From assembly GCF_004010195.1 (NCBI RefSeq), contig NC_057711.1, positions 72,762,067-72,826,066 of the forward strand: a stretch of 64,000 nt of DNA. Direction: 5' to 3'. Position 1 is the first letter of the stretch. Each line of letters starts with the position of its first letter. The stretch comes from Chiloscyllium plagiosum. Taxonomy: Eukaryota. Below the pieces are notes generated by a model. It had not been told where the DNA came from. It did not search any database and saw only the letters and a program-made list of their open reading frames with translations. This document shows positions 13,435-25,760 of the stretch, piece by piece. The translations under genes and the position numbers were made by a program.

Positions 13435-13880
13435 ACACACTGTGTTAAGCTGAGAGGCTAGCAATGATCCCTATGGTATCCTTCTAGTCCTTGTTGTCTA
13501 ATTAAAACTACAACCACTGATCACCACTGTTTGTTGCCTTTTACTATTTAGCCAATTTATTATCCAATTTGCTGCATCTTGCTCTATCCCAAGGGCTTTC
13601 ACTTTAGCTATAAATTCCCTTTGAGACACCTGATAAAATGCCTTCTGAAATTCAAGATACATAAGATCCACTACAATGTCATCATGGCCAGCTTTTGTTA
13701 TATTCTCAAAAGAATAGTGAAAAAATGTTTCTTAATCCAGAGCTGCCTTTCATAAACAATGCTGGTTTGGAGCACCTGCCTTTACACCTGTTAAGTGCTG
13801 CATATATTGTTTTATTTAGAATTGACTGCTATACCTTCCTAATATAGATGCTGGTTGAACAGGCTATTAATTCCCATTAT
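13435..13880 (-). mobile_element. Ancient CR1 RT fragment
   Basis: Reverse strand reads VDLMYLEFQKAFYQVS (aaatgccttctgaaattcaagatac). Confidence 0.65.
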
Positions 13881-14804
13881 TATATAGCAGACAAATTTTC
13901 AACAGCACATGCAGCTCAATGCCAATCTTAAGATACTGATCCTGCTCTTAAAGAGTTGAAAGAAATTCAAGCACAGCTCCCTACATAATCATTTTTTTAA
14001 GCATTCTTGGAGAAGTTCCAGGTTTTGTCTCCTGCATTATAAATATTTCAGCACCCTGCATTTTCAATAACTATTTGATTACTAATACTTCTATTCCCCA
14101 TTAACTTAAATGCATTTTCTTTTTCCCCGACTACAACATAAATAAAAGCACTGCTTCTTGAAATAAAAAATAACAAATATTAAAAATACAATTACAAAAT
14201 GAAGGTAATATCATTCTTCAGAGCTCCCAGAAAATTGTAAGGCCAGCTCAATGTTTGAATGTGCACTCCAGCTCTGCGGTGGAATTTTAAACATAGTTGC
14301 ATATATTTTATTCATACCCTTTCCAAAGCATTTTTTGTGGTCTGTTCTTTATTTAGTTTTTTTTAAATCCTTCTAACCATATTCATTTCAAATCCATCTA
14401 ATCATTTTATGTCTGACAAGATAAAATTTGTAGCCATTCTTTCATTTTAACCAGACTTGTGCTGGACCTAATTGAACTAAAATATTACTATTTGTCCTTA
14501 CATCAGTTTGATGGGTACCTTGGCTTGCTCCACTTATTGGGATTCTCAGTGCATGCCATAATTTGAAGAATTCATGTTTTTTAATGGTCTGGATTGAAGA
14601 ACTGTAAATTACCTTTGCCATCTAATTGGCAATTTTAGATTGCCTAGGGAATAAGATCAAAATATGGAACAACAATACACATTTCATCAGCTGTGACTAT
14701 TTAAAAATAAATTGATCTTTTTTCCTCGTTCATGTGGTTAGTATTTCTCAAATGCATTATTGATATAGATGTTCTATAAAAAAGGTAAAAAGCAATTGAT
14801 TGCC

Positions 14805-15137
14805 ATTCTTATTATTCAAGCACACAATGAGGATGTCTCTGGCTGGCCCAGCATTTATTGCCCAGTGGGTAATTAGGGATCAACTACATTGCTATAGATC
14901 TGGAGTCACACATAGGCAAGACCAGGTAAGGATGATAGATTTCCCTCCCCAAAGCAGATGGGTTTTCTCCAACAATTGGCAATGGTTTCATGGTCATCAT
15001 TGGACCCTTAATTCCAGACTCCATATTAATTTAAATTCCACCATCTGCTCTGGTGAGATTTGAGCTCAGGTCCCCAGAATATTAGCTGGGGTCTTGGATT
15101 AAGGGTTGAGCAATAATACCACTAGGCCATTGCATCC
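14805..15137 (-). mobile_element. SINE-like element with tRNA-like head and second-LINE-family tail
   Basis: Reverse complement begins ggatgcaatggcctagtggt and ends aataaatgctgggccagccag..acatcc. Confidence 0.7.
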
Positions 15138-16402
15138 TTATTTTGTGTTTGCAAACATGTTAATTTCTTTAGTTTCCACTCGGGTCAATACTAAGGTTGA
15201 GTGCATGAATATTATAGCTTACTTTATGTTTAAACCCACTGTGCCGAGGACCAACGGCTAAAAACCTATGCAAGGAGATTGGCAGGAGAAATCCATCAGA
15301 AATTACTTTTTTCAACATAGACTCCACTGCTTAGTCATTTGGCTTTATTTCCTACAATAGTTGGCCTTTTGTTTTGACTGTTTCAAGCCGAGGCATCTTC
15401 ACAGACAATGAACTTCAGTGGGCATCAGCAGGACCATCCAGGGTGAAAGAGTGATCCAACCCAAATGATGAATCACATTGTCAAGGAAAGCTTGTTACCT
15501 GATGTTGAAGGTAGGCATAAAAAAGCTCCATTTAGCCACTGACAGACTATTGCTTCCCTCATTGACTAAGCACAAGCTAAAGTTTAAAAACATTGTGGTC
15601 TCCAAAAGTGACAATTCATCTTCATAACAGCATTTGGCTGTCATTACATCTCCCAGAGAATATGGTTAGCATTATATTTCAAATAATGAAAGTGTGGAAC
15701 TGAGTCAAACTGGATAATTAATCAAGGATTTAGTTGATAGCAGACAGAGAGAAAAACTTTGTATGTATGTTCTAAAATCTGAACTTGAATTCCTGCTTTA
15801 ACTAATTCCTATTCCTTCTTCGGGAGCAGGCTGCTGCTGTTAATAGTTGTCTGGGAATGAGATCAGCGTATCAGTGCATAATGTGATGATGAGCCAGGTT
15901 GACAGCTAAGTGTTTGCCAGTGTAATTTGGGAATTGATTAGAAATGAAGACAGTTTTTTCAACTAAAATGTTTATTTATTATTGTTTACACGCAGTTTTT
16001 TCATGTGTCTATTTTGCCCAAGGCATCAGGAAGATGAAAGTAGTGCTGAAAAGATGCTGCTGTATGGGTATCACAGCTTTTTGTTTGAGCTTGGCCTGAA
16101 GAGTACTATCATATTACAAACAGTGAAATAAAACAATGTCACTGTTTCAGTAAACTGTTGAAGTATAACAGGCAAAAGCTTATTTTACGACATACAGCTT
16201 TTGGTGGAGAGATCTGCCTGCTAAAAACACAATTCAGAAATGGTCATGTTTATTCCACAGGCAGACTTGGCCTAACATTTCCTAAGTACAGTGTGGATCT
16301 GTAAAATTATGCCTTTGAGTATACAACACTATAAAAAAATTGCACTGTGTGCCTCACTTTAAGCTTGTTCTGAAAGGTGTGAAGCCCTTCTCAGGAATAA
16401 AC

Positions 16403-16529
16403 AGAGTCATGGAAATATACAATGTGGAAACAGACCCTACGGTCCAATTCATCCATGCTGATCAGATATCCTAAATTAATCTAGTCTCATTTGCTGGCAT
16501 TTGGCACATATCCCTCCAAACCCTTCCTA
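16403..16529 (-). mobile_element. CR1 extreme 3' end
   Basis: Matches 5150-5270. Confidence 0.85.
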
Positions 16530-17129
16530 AATGAGCTGTGTATTATGGATCATGTTAAACAATTATTTCTCATTCTGTTTCAGAATGGGCCAACACTGCA
16601 CCATCTCAGATTATTAAAAAGCATGTATTACAGAACAGAAGAAATAAATGCATCTCAGCTGATTTGAAAATTGTTTTAAGTATCCGCTGTTCATTGATTA
16701 TAATGTGGTATCTTAAAGTAATTATTTTTTCTTCATGCCCTGCCACAAGCTGTTCCCTCGCCATTGATTCCATCCCCCAGTCTGGCCAGTGTATCAGGCT
16801 GAATCAGTCAGTTTGCAAGTGCACTGTCTTATTTGAGGCTGAGCTAATGACCCACAACCTTGACCATCACAAAGATCATCTACTTTAATCCCTGTAACAT
16901 AATTTTCTCCAACACTGCCTCAGAACGTCTGCTAAAGTCCTCACCTTTGATTTAAATACATCCCAAATGGTCATGTCCAATTCTGTCATGATTGACCTGC
17001 ATCACTAATTTTGTACGCTTGAGCTCATTTGAAAGGCCACTCCCCACACTTTAATCCATACTCTGGCTCAGTCACCCATTGTCCACATCATCTTGTTGAG
17101 CTATTGACTTTTGGTTTATCAGATCTCCA

Positions 17130-17482
17130 TTATGAAATTGTTATCCTTGTGTTCAAAAACCTTCATGGACATTCCAATTATTCTGCTCCAGCTCACAACT
17201 CATCAAGAATTTCACACTCCTTCAATCCTATTCTGTTTTCTCCACCATTGGTGACCTTATCTAGGTTCTCAGTTCTGAAATTCACTCCCTAAATCCTTCC
17301 ATGTTTCTCCTTGGAACCTAGCTCTTTGACAAAGTTTTTAGCCATCCATCTTAGTATTCCAATCCAAACCTAAAACTTCCATCTTTGACTATTTCTCATT
17401 TTTCTTTCCCTTATTATTGTTCTGTGACATGTTTCAAGACTATTTCTCACAATAAATATGTGAGATAAATAGGGTAGATTGT
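17130..17482 (+). mobile_element. Degenerate L2-like 3' region
   Basis: atccttgtgttcaaaaaccttcatgg; ctctttgacaaagtttt shared with 12760-12780. Confidence 0.5.
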
Positions 17483-18889
17483 TCATTGAATACAGCACTG
17501 AAGTGTAGAAGAGCTGGTTTGGGTATAATTACTTGACAGACATGATTTGATTGCTTATGAAATGGTGCAGCACTGGCACCTTTTGAAAGTCATTTGGATT
17601 TAGTGCCTGGTGTGTGTTTTATTTTCTGCAGTGTTGGCATTGCTCATTCTCATTAGCACTTTCATTTTATTCCAGAGAGTTGTGCCATCCTTGTCACTGG
17701 CCTGCACACAGAGCTATACATCAGACAAAATTAGTTTGAAAGCATTGTACAGAGAAGGAACATTGAACGATAAACCCACCCATAAATCCTCCAAACTTGT
17801 GAAGTGCTACTTCAAGACATCGATGATACTGATGATAATACTGCTGATTGTCACATAAACGTCATTATACCTGTTTCTATTCTTGACTGCTGCCTTTGTG
17901 TCATGAGTCATAGCTGCATAGAAAAGACTTGTATCAGTGGAACCAGCCCAGTCGCTCTTTGTTTCCTCTAAACAAGGGTGACATAAATAATGGCCTTAGA
18001 ATGAAGGCATCGTGAGTACACCTGGGAAAGCAAGCAAGGAGTTAAATGATGCTTTGTTGGTGAACACATATTGGCACAGATTTTCCTGGAGACTTGCACC
18101 ATTATAGCAAAAAACCTTTGAATGGTTCAAATCAGGAAATGATGGAACAATGAAATTGTATCACTTTATATTTCCAGAATCTTATGTGGCAGCATTGAGA
18201 AGATGTTTGTTTTTGCTCCATAAGCTACACTGTTGCTATTTGCCTGCACTAAAGTCACTTTTGTAAATGCTGCTACAATTTAGACTTAAATACAATGATT
18301 GAAGTGACCTGGCAGCAGCAGGAGTCCCTTTACAATGCACTTACTAACCCAGTCTTTTTACTTTTAAATTACTTTTCAATTAACCTGAAAAGGACATACT
18401 TTAGCAAAATATCTGTAGTTCAGGCTATAAAAGTGTGGCTTTTCAGGCAGAAATAAACATTCATAGAACTCCAGAGTGTTAATTTCACCAACTGTTGTAA
18501 GCTTATTGGCTCTTTTAGAGCTCAAACTATAGTCGGTTTCAGAAAACATAATTTGCTGGCTTTTCTGTACAGGCTTGCTGTTTCTGGGAGATCTTTGACA
18601 TTTCAATAGATCTTACAACCGCAGAGAAATTTGCAATTACCAAATGAAAATAAATACATGAAATGCAATACCACCTACCCTCAACATCCTGGGTTTTGTA
18701 CTTTTTACTCAACATTATAGAAAATGAATAGCTTAATAAAAATTATAATTCATCCTTGTTTATATAAAAAAATTCATAAAGTATTCAATTTTTCATGGTA
18801 TCAGTAAATTCTAGCTATGTTTGAGCAATTATGTACTAAAGGTTAGCACGTAGCTGAATACTTACTACGTCTGCTAAAATTGATACCAA

Positions 18890-19330
18890 CAAGCTGGAAG
18901 TACAGTAGTGTTATGATCACTCCATTAGATCCAGCGGTTTGGAATAACAATTCCAAAATCTTCAGTTTAAATCTCATCATGAGAGATCCAGAATTTGCAT
19001 TCACTTCTCAAAACATCTGGGATCAGTAAAGGTGACCAAGAGTAGCTGTCAGTATGTAAAATCCCATCTGGAAACTTGCACCATTATAGCAAAGAACCTT
19101 CGAATGATTCAAATCAGGAAATGATGGAACAATGAAAAGCCACTGCCCTTACTTAGTTTGAACGAAACACAACTCCAGAGCAAATCAATGTGATTACTCT
19201 GAAGTGGTCTAACAAGGAACCCTATTGTACGAAACTGACATGGTGGTCCAAGGAGAGAGCACTGTCAATGAGACCAACTAGGATGAAATAATAGTGTTGG
19301 CCTTAGCACCAACCTCTACATCTAAATATC
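18890..19330 (+). mobile_element. Old SINE-like element interrupted by a 70-bp local copy
   Basis: Head and body resemble 4215-4520 and 55397-55650; tail gttggccttagcacc...acatc. Confidence 0.55.
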
Positions 19331-19872
19331 ATGTTTATTTATAGTTCTAAACTGAGCACTGAATTAATCACTGCTACCATCAGTCCAGGGATAGTGGTAT
19401 GATTTATGGATTTCCAGTATTGTCAAACAGGTGAGAGAGCAGTGAATGGTTGGAGGTTCTGGTTAAAGATGAAAATCATTTTGTGGGGTAATAAGGAATA
19501 TTCATGCTCCTCCCTCACAAGCAGCTTTTCAATAAAGTCTGTATGCCATACAGTTCTTGAACTATTATCTCTTTTAAGTTGGCTGGTTAAGAATCTCAGG
19601 AAGAAAAAAAAGGATGGGGTACACATCATGTGCACTTTGCCTCTTGTAGTATCCCAAATTCTGTATATTATTGGTCTGTGGATTAGCATTTTGAATCAGT
19701 ATAGCTCTCTATCCATTGTTGTAGTGTCACATAAAAACTTTATTCCACAAGGTATAAGTTAGATTGGTACAAATGTACATTGTGAGAAATTTATATCATT
19801 GGAACAATACTTTCAAAAGACAGGCAATTTCTGAGTATACTAATTATATCAACCAACACAGAAAAAGAGTAA

Positions 19873-19903
19873 CTGCAACTAAATGAACACTAGATGGCGA
19901 AGA
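19873..19903 (+). promoter_or_regulatory. Candidate CTCF binding site
   Basis: acACTAGATGGCGa resembles CCASYAGRKGGCRS; tgcaa just upstream resembles the upstream module. Confidence 0.4.
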
Positions 19904-21199
19904 AGCTCTGTTGTGTATTTAAAAGTTGCAACAAGCAGTTAAATAACAAACGTATAATTGTCATGCGCTATGTTTTATAATGTCTCAGTATATTACAATA
20001 ATGGTTTATTCTAAGAAATCCCAACAATGCATTAATCAAAGATGCACAGCAATATCTTTTAGTGCTCAGGCATAAATGAATTGTTAAGTACAAGCTGTAA
20101 TTTTGTAATCAATATCAATAAGAACACAATTCAGCACCTAACAAATAATAATTACTAAAGAATGACTTGGGCATCGCAATCCATCCATTAAGACAGAGTA
20201 CAGATTCCCTACAGACATGGTTATCACAGTTCTACATTCTAATAGCATAATTGCTGGCAATATTTAAATTGCTTAGTGGCCGAAGGTGGCTTTTTAATAA
20301 CAGAATCTATATTTCAATCACATAGTGTTTCAGGTTTGCTTCTATACATGCCTGATGGTCAGGGATACAGTTATTATCGAGGATTGTGCTGATGGGTTAA
20401 TTAAACAAGTCATGATAAAAGCAGATATATGAGGCATTACTGAATAATTTGAAATATGTCGGCTGCAAAATACAAAGGCGTAGTTCCAGAGGCTGTTTCT
20501 CCTCCCAACTGGCATCTACAGAAATCAGACACTTCCAGTGCTATTACTTAATACTATCTTGATCGGAATAGTTATATGTGTGCAGGATCAGTCATTAGAG
20601 ATAGGCAGATTGTCACATCAGTATCTAAGGCTGATTTGTCACCTTGAAGCTCAACAGTCCAGCTGATGCATTCTTTCAATTCACACAGAATCTGTGCAAC
20701 TGTTCAGCAGTAGGTAGATCCCAGTAATGTTATTTAAATGGTTTATCAATTATTTTAACTTATTACTGCTGGATTTCTGCTAGCTTTTGAACAGGTATTT
20801 GATGGTATCAAAAGTTATATAAGTCATGAAAATCTACAAGAAATGGTGTGGCATGTGCGAAAGGATTTTGTCTAGACATCAAGGATTCTGTACAAGCCAC
20901 ATGGTTCCTGACATTGTTTCAGTATCTCCGGCATCTCCAAATCATCGTTTCAGTAGTTTGCTTTCTCCATGGATCACAGCACAACAGACTAAATAAGCAG
21001 TGGTGACATAAAAGCTGTTAGAAGTGGCAAAGGGAGCACATCTGGGGCAGTATGCAGTCTTGGTCTCCTTATTTAAGGAAGGATATAATTAATTAAAGGC
21101 AGAGCAAACAACGTTCATGGTGGTCCTTGTGGTGAGAGAAAACACATTGTTCAAACATTGCCAAAAAAAATTGACGTTAGCAGAAATAGGAGAGAAAAT

Positions 21200-21775
21200 T
21201 CTCCACACAACAGCCAGATAGTGATCATCTCCCATAGAAGAGAATCTGGCTATCTCCCCCTTAACATTCAACAGCATTATCATTGCCAAATCAACATTCT
21301 GGGGGGTTAGCATTGACATAGACTTAACTGGATAAGCCATACATATGTACTGCATCTACAACAGCAGGTCAGAAGCTCAGGATTTGGCAGCAATTATCTC
21401 ATCTGTTGACTCCCCAAAGCCTGTCCACTACATATAAGCCATGATGTGGAGGTGCTAGTGTTGGACTGGGGTGGACTAAGTCAGAAGTCACATAACCTGG
21501 TGTGATGTGACTTCTGACTTTACCTACAAGCCAGACCACCATATGCAAGGTCCCCTCCATTCATACATTAACCTGATTAGAATTATCTCATTGTTCCCTC
21601 ACATCTGTTGGGTCAAAGCTTGAACATCCGTCCAACAGTACTGTGGGCATCCATACACCACGTGAACTGCATCGGCTTCAGAGGAGACTCAACATCTTCT
21701 CAATAGCAATTAGAGATTAGCAATAAATGCTGGACATGTTGGCAATGCTCAATTCATGAATAAATATATACAAAA
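21200..21775 (+). mobile_element. 3' part of a second-family LINE
   Basis: actccccaaagcctgtcc, gcaataaatgctgg...atgaataaa; collinear with 60750-61443. Confidence 0.75.
21442..21520 (-). mobile_element. Short fold-back PLE-terminus insertion (family B variant)
   Basis: ggaggtgctagtgttggactgg shared with 36388; inverted arms aagtcagaagtcacat / atgtgacttctgactt. Confidence 0.7.
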
Positions 21776-21905
21776 ATAATGAGTGAATAGATTAAATAGA
21801 CAGTTTATATTCCCTGGAACTTAAATTAATTCAAGGTTACGAAAGGCCACTATCAGATCAATAATGATCTTGTTGAATGATAGGCAGGATTGATGGGACA
21901 AGTGG

Positions 21906-22126
21906 GTGAAAGTGACGACTGCAGTTGCTGGAGATCAGACTCAAGAGTAGGGTGCTGGAAAAGCACAGCAGGTCAGGCAGCATCCAAGGAGCAGGAGAAT
22001 CAACATTTCAGGCACGAGCCCTTCATCAAGAATTCCTGATGAAGGGCGCTTGCTTGAAACATCGATGCTCCTGCTCCTCGGATGCTGCACGACCTGCTGT
22101 GCTTTTCCAGCACCACAATCTCAACT
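21906..22126. mobile_element. Palindromic PLE-terminus insertion (family A), hammerhead-like core on each strand
   Basis: Inverted arms centred on gaattc 22030-22035; perfect 16-bp TSD ttgatgggacaagtgg at 21890-21905 and 22127-22142. Confidence 0.9.
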
Positions 22127-22548
22127 TTGATGGGACAAGTGGCCTATCATGGCTCTTATTTCTCATGATCTTATGATCTTGGCATGGTAGGTGCTGAGAA
22201 AGCTTCACCTTGTTGTGAGCTCAGAACACAGGACAACAATGTTAGAATAAGCAGTTGACCATTTAGGACTAGGGTCAAGAAAACATTTCTTCATTGAAAG
22301 CATTGTTAATCTTTGGAATTCTCGAAATCAGAGAGCTGTGGATCACCCAGTCATTACCTATATTAACGAGACACATCGATAGATTTTGAGTACTAAGGGA
22401 ATTAAAGGGATATGGGGATTATTGTAGAAGGTGGAGGTTAAAGATCTACCATCATTCTACTTATTCTGTTGAGTAAGTTTAAAAGGCCAAAAATCATATT
22501 CCACCTCTTGTTTCTTGGAATATATCTATAATGTTGAATAGTTGGCAG

Positions 22549-22991
22549 TGTTATGGACGAAGCCAAACCACTCAAAACATTCTGAAGCAGGCAGCTCAGA
22601 CCATAACTTTGCAATTTGTTTCGGTAAGTGGACAGTGACAATTACCTGGTTTGAGTTAGCTAGGTTGACTACTGGATTTTAAAACAAAAATTTATTCACA
22701 AAATTACACAATGAAACACAAAGAACAGAATAAAGAACTCCTACAGAACTCAACCTATCCAACAAGGCTTAATTCTGCTGTTCCAAATACACACCACAGT
22801 CCCAAAAGCAAACTCCTTTTAAAAACCTGTATAAATGGAGCATATGCTTACAGGTTGAAGTTAAAGGGTGGAAAAAGAGAGAGAGAGTTTCCACACAGCT
22901 CCTTGTTGAACTTCTCACCAGCTCAAGACTGAACTAAATCTGCTCAGCTCAGCTAAAGAGCTGACCACTCCCCTTTCTTTATACAGGTCAC
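22549..22991 (-). repeat. 3' LTR (inner part deleted)
   Basis: Direct repeat of 27127-27567, stops at ggtcac and joins pol sequence. Confidence 0.9.
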
Positions 22992-24030
22992 TGGTTAACA
23001 CAGTTTTTAGGCTGTCAAATACCTTTTGACAATTCACTGTCCACTGAAACTTCTTGCACTTTTTTAACAATTTGGTGAGTGGAACAGCTACACTGCTAAA
23101 GTTTAGTACAAACTTTCAGTAAAGTCCACTCAATCCTAGGAACCATAGTACTGCTTTTTTCATCAACGGTGTGGGAACTTCCCCAATTACTTTCATTTTT
23201 GCATTTCGTGGGGCCATTTGTCCATGTCCAATAATATGGCCCAGGATGTGACTTAGGCTTTGGCAAATTCACTTTTAGCTAGGTTTACCACCACACCTGC
23301 CTTCCGAAGTCAATCAAAGAAGTCCCAATATATGCTCGAAATGTTCCTTCCATGAGTGACTAAAAATCACCTCACAGTTGGGTAATCCAGCAATGACCTT
23401 ATTGTCAGTCTTTGAAATGTGGCTGGAGCATTTTTCATATCAAATGGCATGACTTTGAACTGATACAGTCCATTTGGCATTATGAAAGCGGAAATTGCCT
23501 TTGCTGTCTCTGACAGGAGTACTTGCCAGTAGCCTCTGAGCAAGTCCAACTTAGAAATGTAAATTGCTTGTCCCACTTTTTCAACACAGTCCTCCAACCA
23601 TGAAATTGGATATACATCAGTCTTCATTGATTTTGCAATATTTCACACATAACCGATGGGTACCATCTGGCTTTGGCACCATGACTATAGGTGAGCTCCA
23701 GTCACTGTAACTCTCTTCGATTATGCTATCTTGGAGCATGCGCTCTATCTCCTTCTGAACCTGTGTCAACTTTAGAGGGTCATGCCTATAAGGATGTTGT
23801 TTAATCAGAACAGCATCTCCTATATCTACATCATATATAATTAGGTTAGTACTTCCCAGTTTATTTCTGCATATCTCCGCATGTGATAGCAATAACTCTT
23901 TCAGGTCATTTCGATTTTCTTGTGGAAGGTAACGCAATAATTTATCCCAATTTTTGACAACTTCCTCATTGTCCAATTTGTTTTGAGGAATGTCCAATTC
24001 AGAATCTTCTGAACTTGGTTCTTCCTTCTG
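22992..24030 (-). pseudogene. Gypsy reverse transcriptase remnant
   Basis: IKQHPYR, WSSPIVMVPKPDGTHRLCV, SKLDLLRGYWQV, YQFKVMPFDMKNAPATFQRL. Confidence 0.92.
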
Positions 24031-24032
24031 TG

Positions 24033-24836
24033 CTGTTTGGGTTTGTTGCTGAGAAATCGGCGGACTGTGTTCATTGGGTACCCATTCTTTTTGAATACAT
24101 GGTATAGGTGATTTTCCTCTGCTCTGCATAGTTCCTCTGTGCTGCAGTGTGTGTTGGCTCGTTGAAATAATGTTCTGATGCAGCAACAAACCCAAACAAG
24201 CAGACAAAACATGTCCAGAAACCCTAGCCACTCTCCCCTACATCAAAGACATCTCGGAAATGACTGCCAGGCTTCTCAGACCCCTTGGCATCATGGTAGC
24301 CCACAAACCCACCAACACACTAAAATAGCAGCTAATGAACTTGACAGACCCTATACAGACTACAAGCAAAACTAATGTCATTTACAAAATATCGTGCAAG
24401 AACTGTGGACAAACAGGCAGAAAGCTAGCCACCAGGATACATGAACACCAACTAGCCACAAAATGACATGAGCCTCTCTCAGTAGTATCATTACATACAG
24501 ATAAGGAAGGACACCACTTCGACTGGGACAACACATCCATCTTAGGACAAGCCAAACAGAGACACGCACGAGAATTCCTAGAAGCATGGCATTCCAACCG
24601 GAACTCTATCAACAAACATATCGAGTTAGACCCCATCTACCACCCCTGAGAAAAAGAACAGGAAATGACATCACCACAGGAAATAACAACACCAATCTAA
24701 AGAAGCCCATACATATAAATAGAAAGCAGGAATCATGTACAGTGCTTCACTTGAGGCCTACTGTTGATGTTACCTAGTAGGGCGATGAAATGTCTGGAAA
24801 TGAACCTTCCAGCTCAGCGAGCAAACCTGCATCCAT
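24033..24836 (+). mobile_element. Penelope-like (Poseidon-type) element nested in the gypsy element, GIY-YIG region, with inverted 5' segment
   Basis: Plus strand LPYIKDISE..NVIYKISCKNC..GQTGRKLATRIHEH..FDWDNTSILG..REFLEAW; 24033-24183 inverted (FKKNGYP). Confidence 0.88.
24757..24798 (+). ncRNA. Decayed hammerhead motif (family D)
   Basis: CTGTTGA-T-GTTACC-TAGTAG-GGCGAT-GAAA-TG-TC; A6 mutated. Confidence 0.55.
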
Positions 24837-24839
24837 AAC

Positions 24840-25760
24840 ACCAATGCCTTATCCCCAATTGCAAAATCACAAATTTGTGATTTCTTATCTGCTTCTTGTT
24901 TCATTGTATGCTGTGATACTTTTAAATGCTGTCTAGCCAACCCTCCAACTCTATTTAATCATTCTCTAAAATTTGACTCATAGTCCAAATGGGTGGTCTC
25001 TGAATTCTGACTGGTTAATTTCTCCTTAATCAATTTTAACGGTCCTCTTACTTCACACCCAAAACTTAATTCAAATGGACTGAATTTAGTCAATTCATTT
25101 GGTGCATCTCTGATTGCAAAAAGTACAAACGGAACTCCCTTATCCCAATCATTTGGATAATCCTGACCAGAAGCCCTCAACATGGTCTTCAGTGTTTGAT
25201 GCCATCTCTCTAGCGCTCCCTGCGATTCCAAATGGTACGTAGTAGATTTGAATTGCTTTATTCCCAAGTTATCCATAACCTCCTTGAATAGTTTGGATAT
25301 GAAGGTTGATCCTTAATCTGACTAGATCTCTATCGGCAGTCTGTATCTAGTAAAATGTTTAAGTAATTCTTTCAGCTGTGATGTTGCGTAATGGAATTGC
25401 CTCTGGAAATCTAGTCGACACATCCATTATTGATAATAAATATTTATTCCCACTTTTTGTTTGAGGTAGGGGACCTACACAATCAATTAAGGCTCTTGTG
25501 AAAGGTTCCTCAAATGCTGGAATAGGGATTAAAGTTGCAGGTTTTTTTTACTGCCTGTGGTGTTCCGATTAGCTGACATGTATGAAACGTCTCTCAAAAT
25601 TCAACTACATCTTTTGTGTAGTCCAGACCAGTAAAAATGTCTTTGTATTTTAGCCTGTGTTTTCCTCACCCCTAAATGACATCCAAGTGGTAGCTCCTTC
25701 CTATACCCTCCTGGTAAAACAATTTGATGAATGTCTGCCAGTTCTCATCTGCTTGAATGT
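24840..25760 (-). pseudogene. Gypsy integrase remnant
   Basis: YHLESQGALERWHQTLKTMLR..WDKGVPFVLFAIRD..FSPFEL; zinc-binding region CHLGVRKT..HFYW..HTCQ. Confidence 0.9.

Larger units (their letters stand above)
21030..22510 (+). mobile_element. Old CR1 3' region fragments with nested insertions
   Basis: ttggtctccttatttaaggaaggatata (21060); ccatttaggact..ctttggaattctc (22260-22325); CR1-type tail near 22440-22510. Confidence 0.6.

Noticed and set aside
15200..20900. Possible host exons in unique DNA
   Set aside because: No recognisable protein or convincing splice-bounded frame; small exons cannot be excluded without RNA-seq
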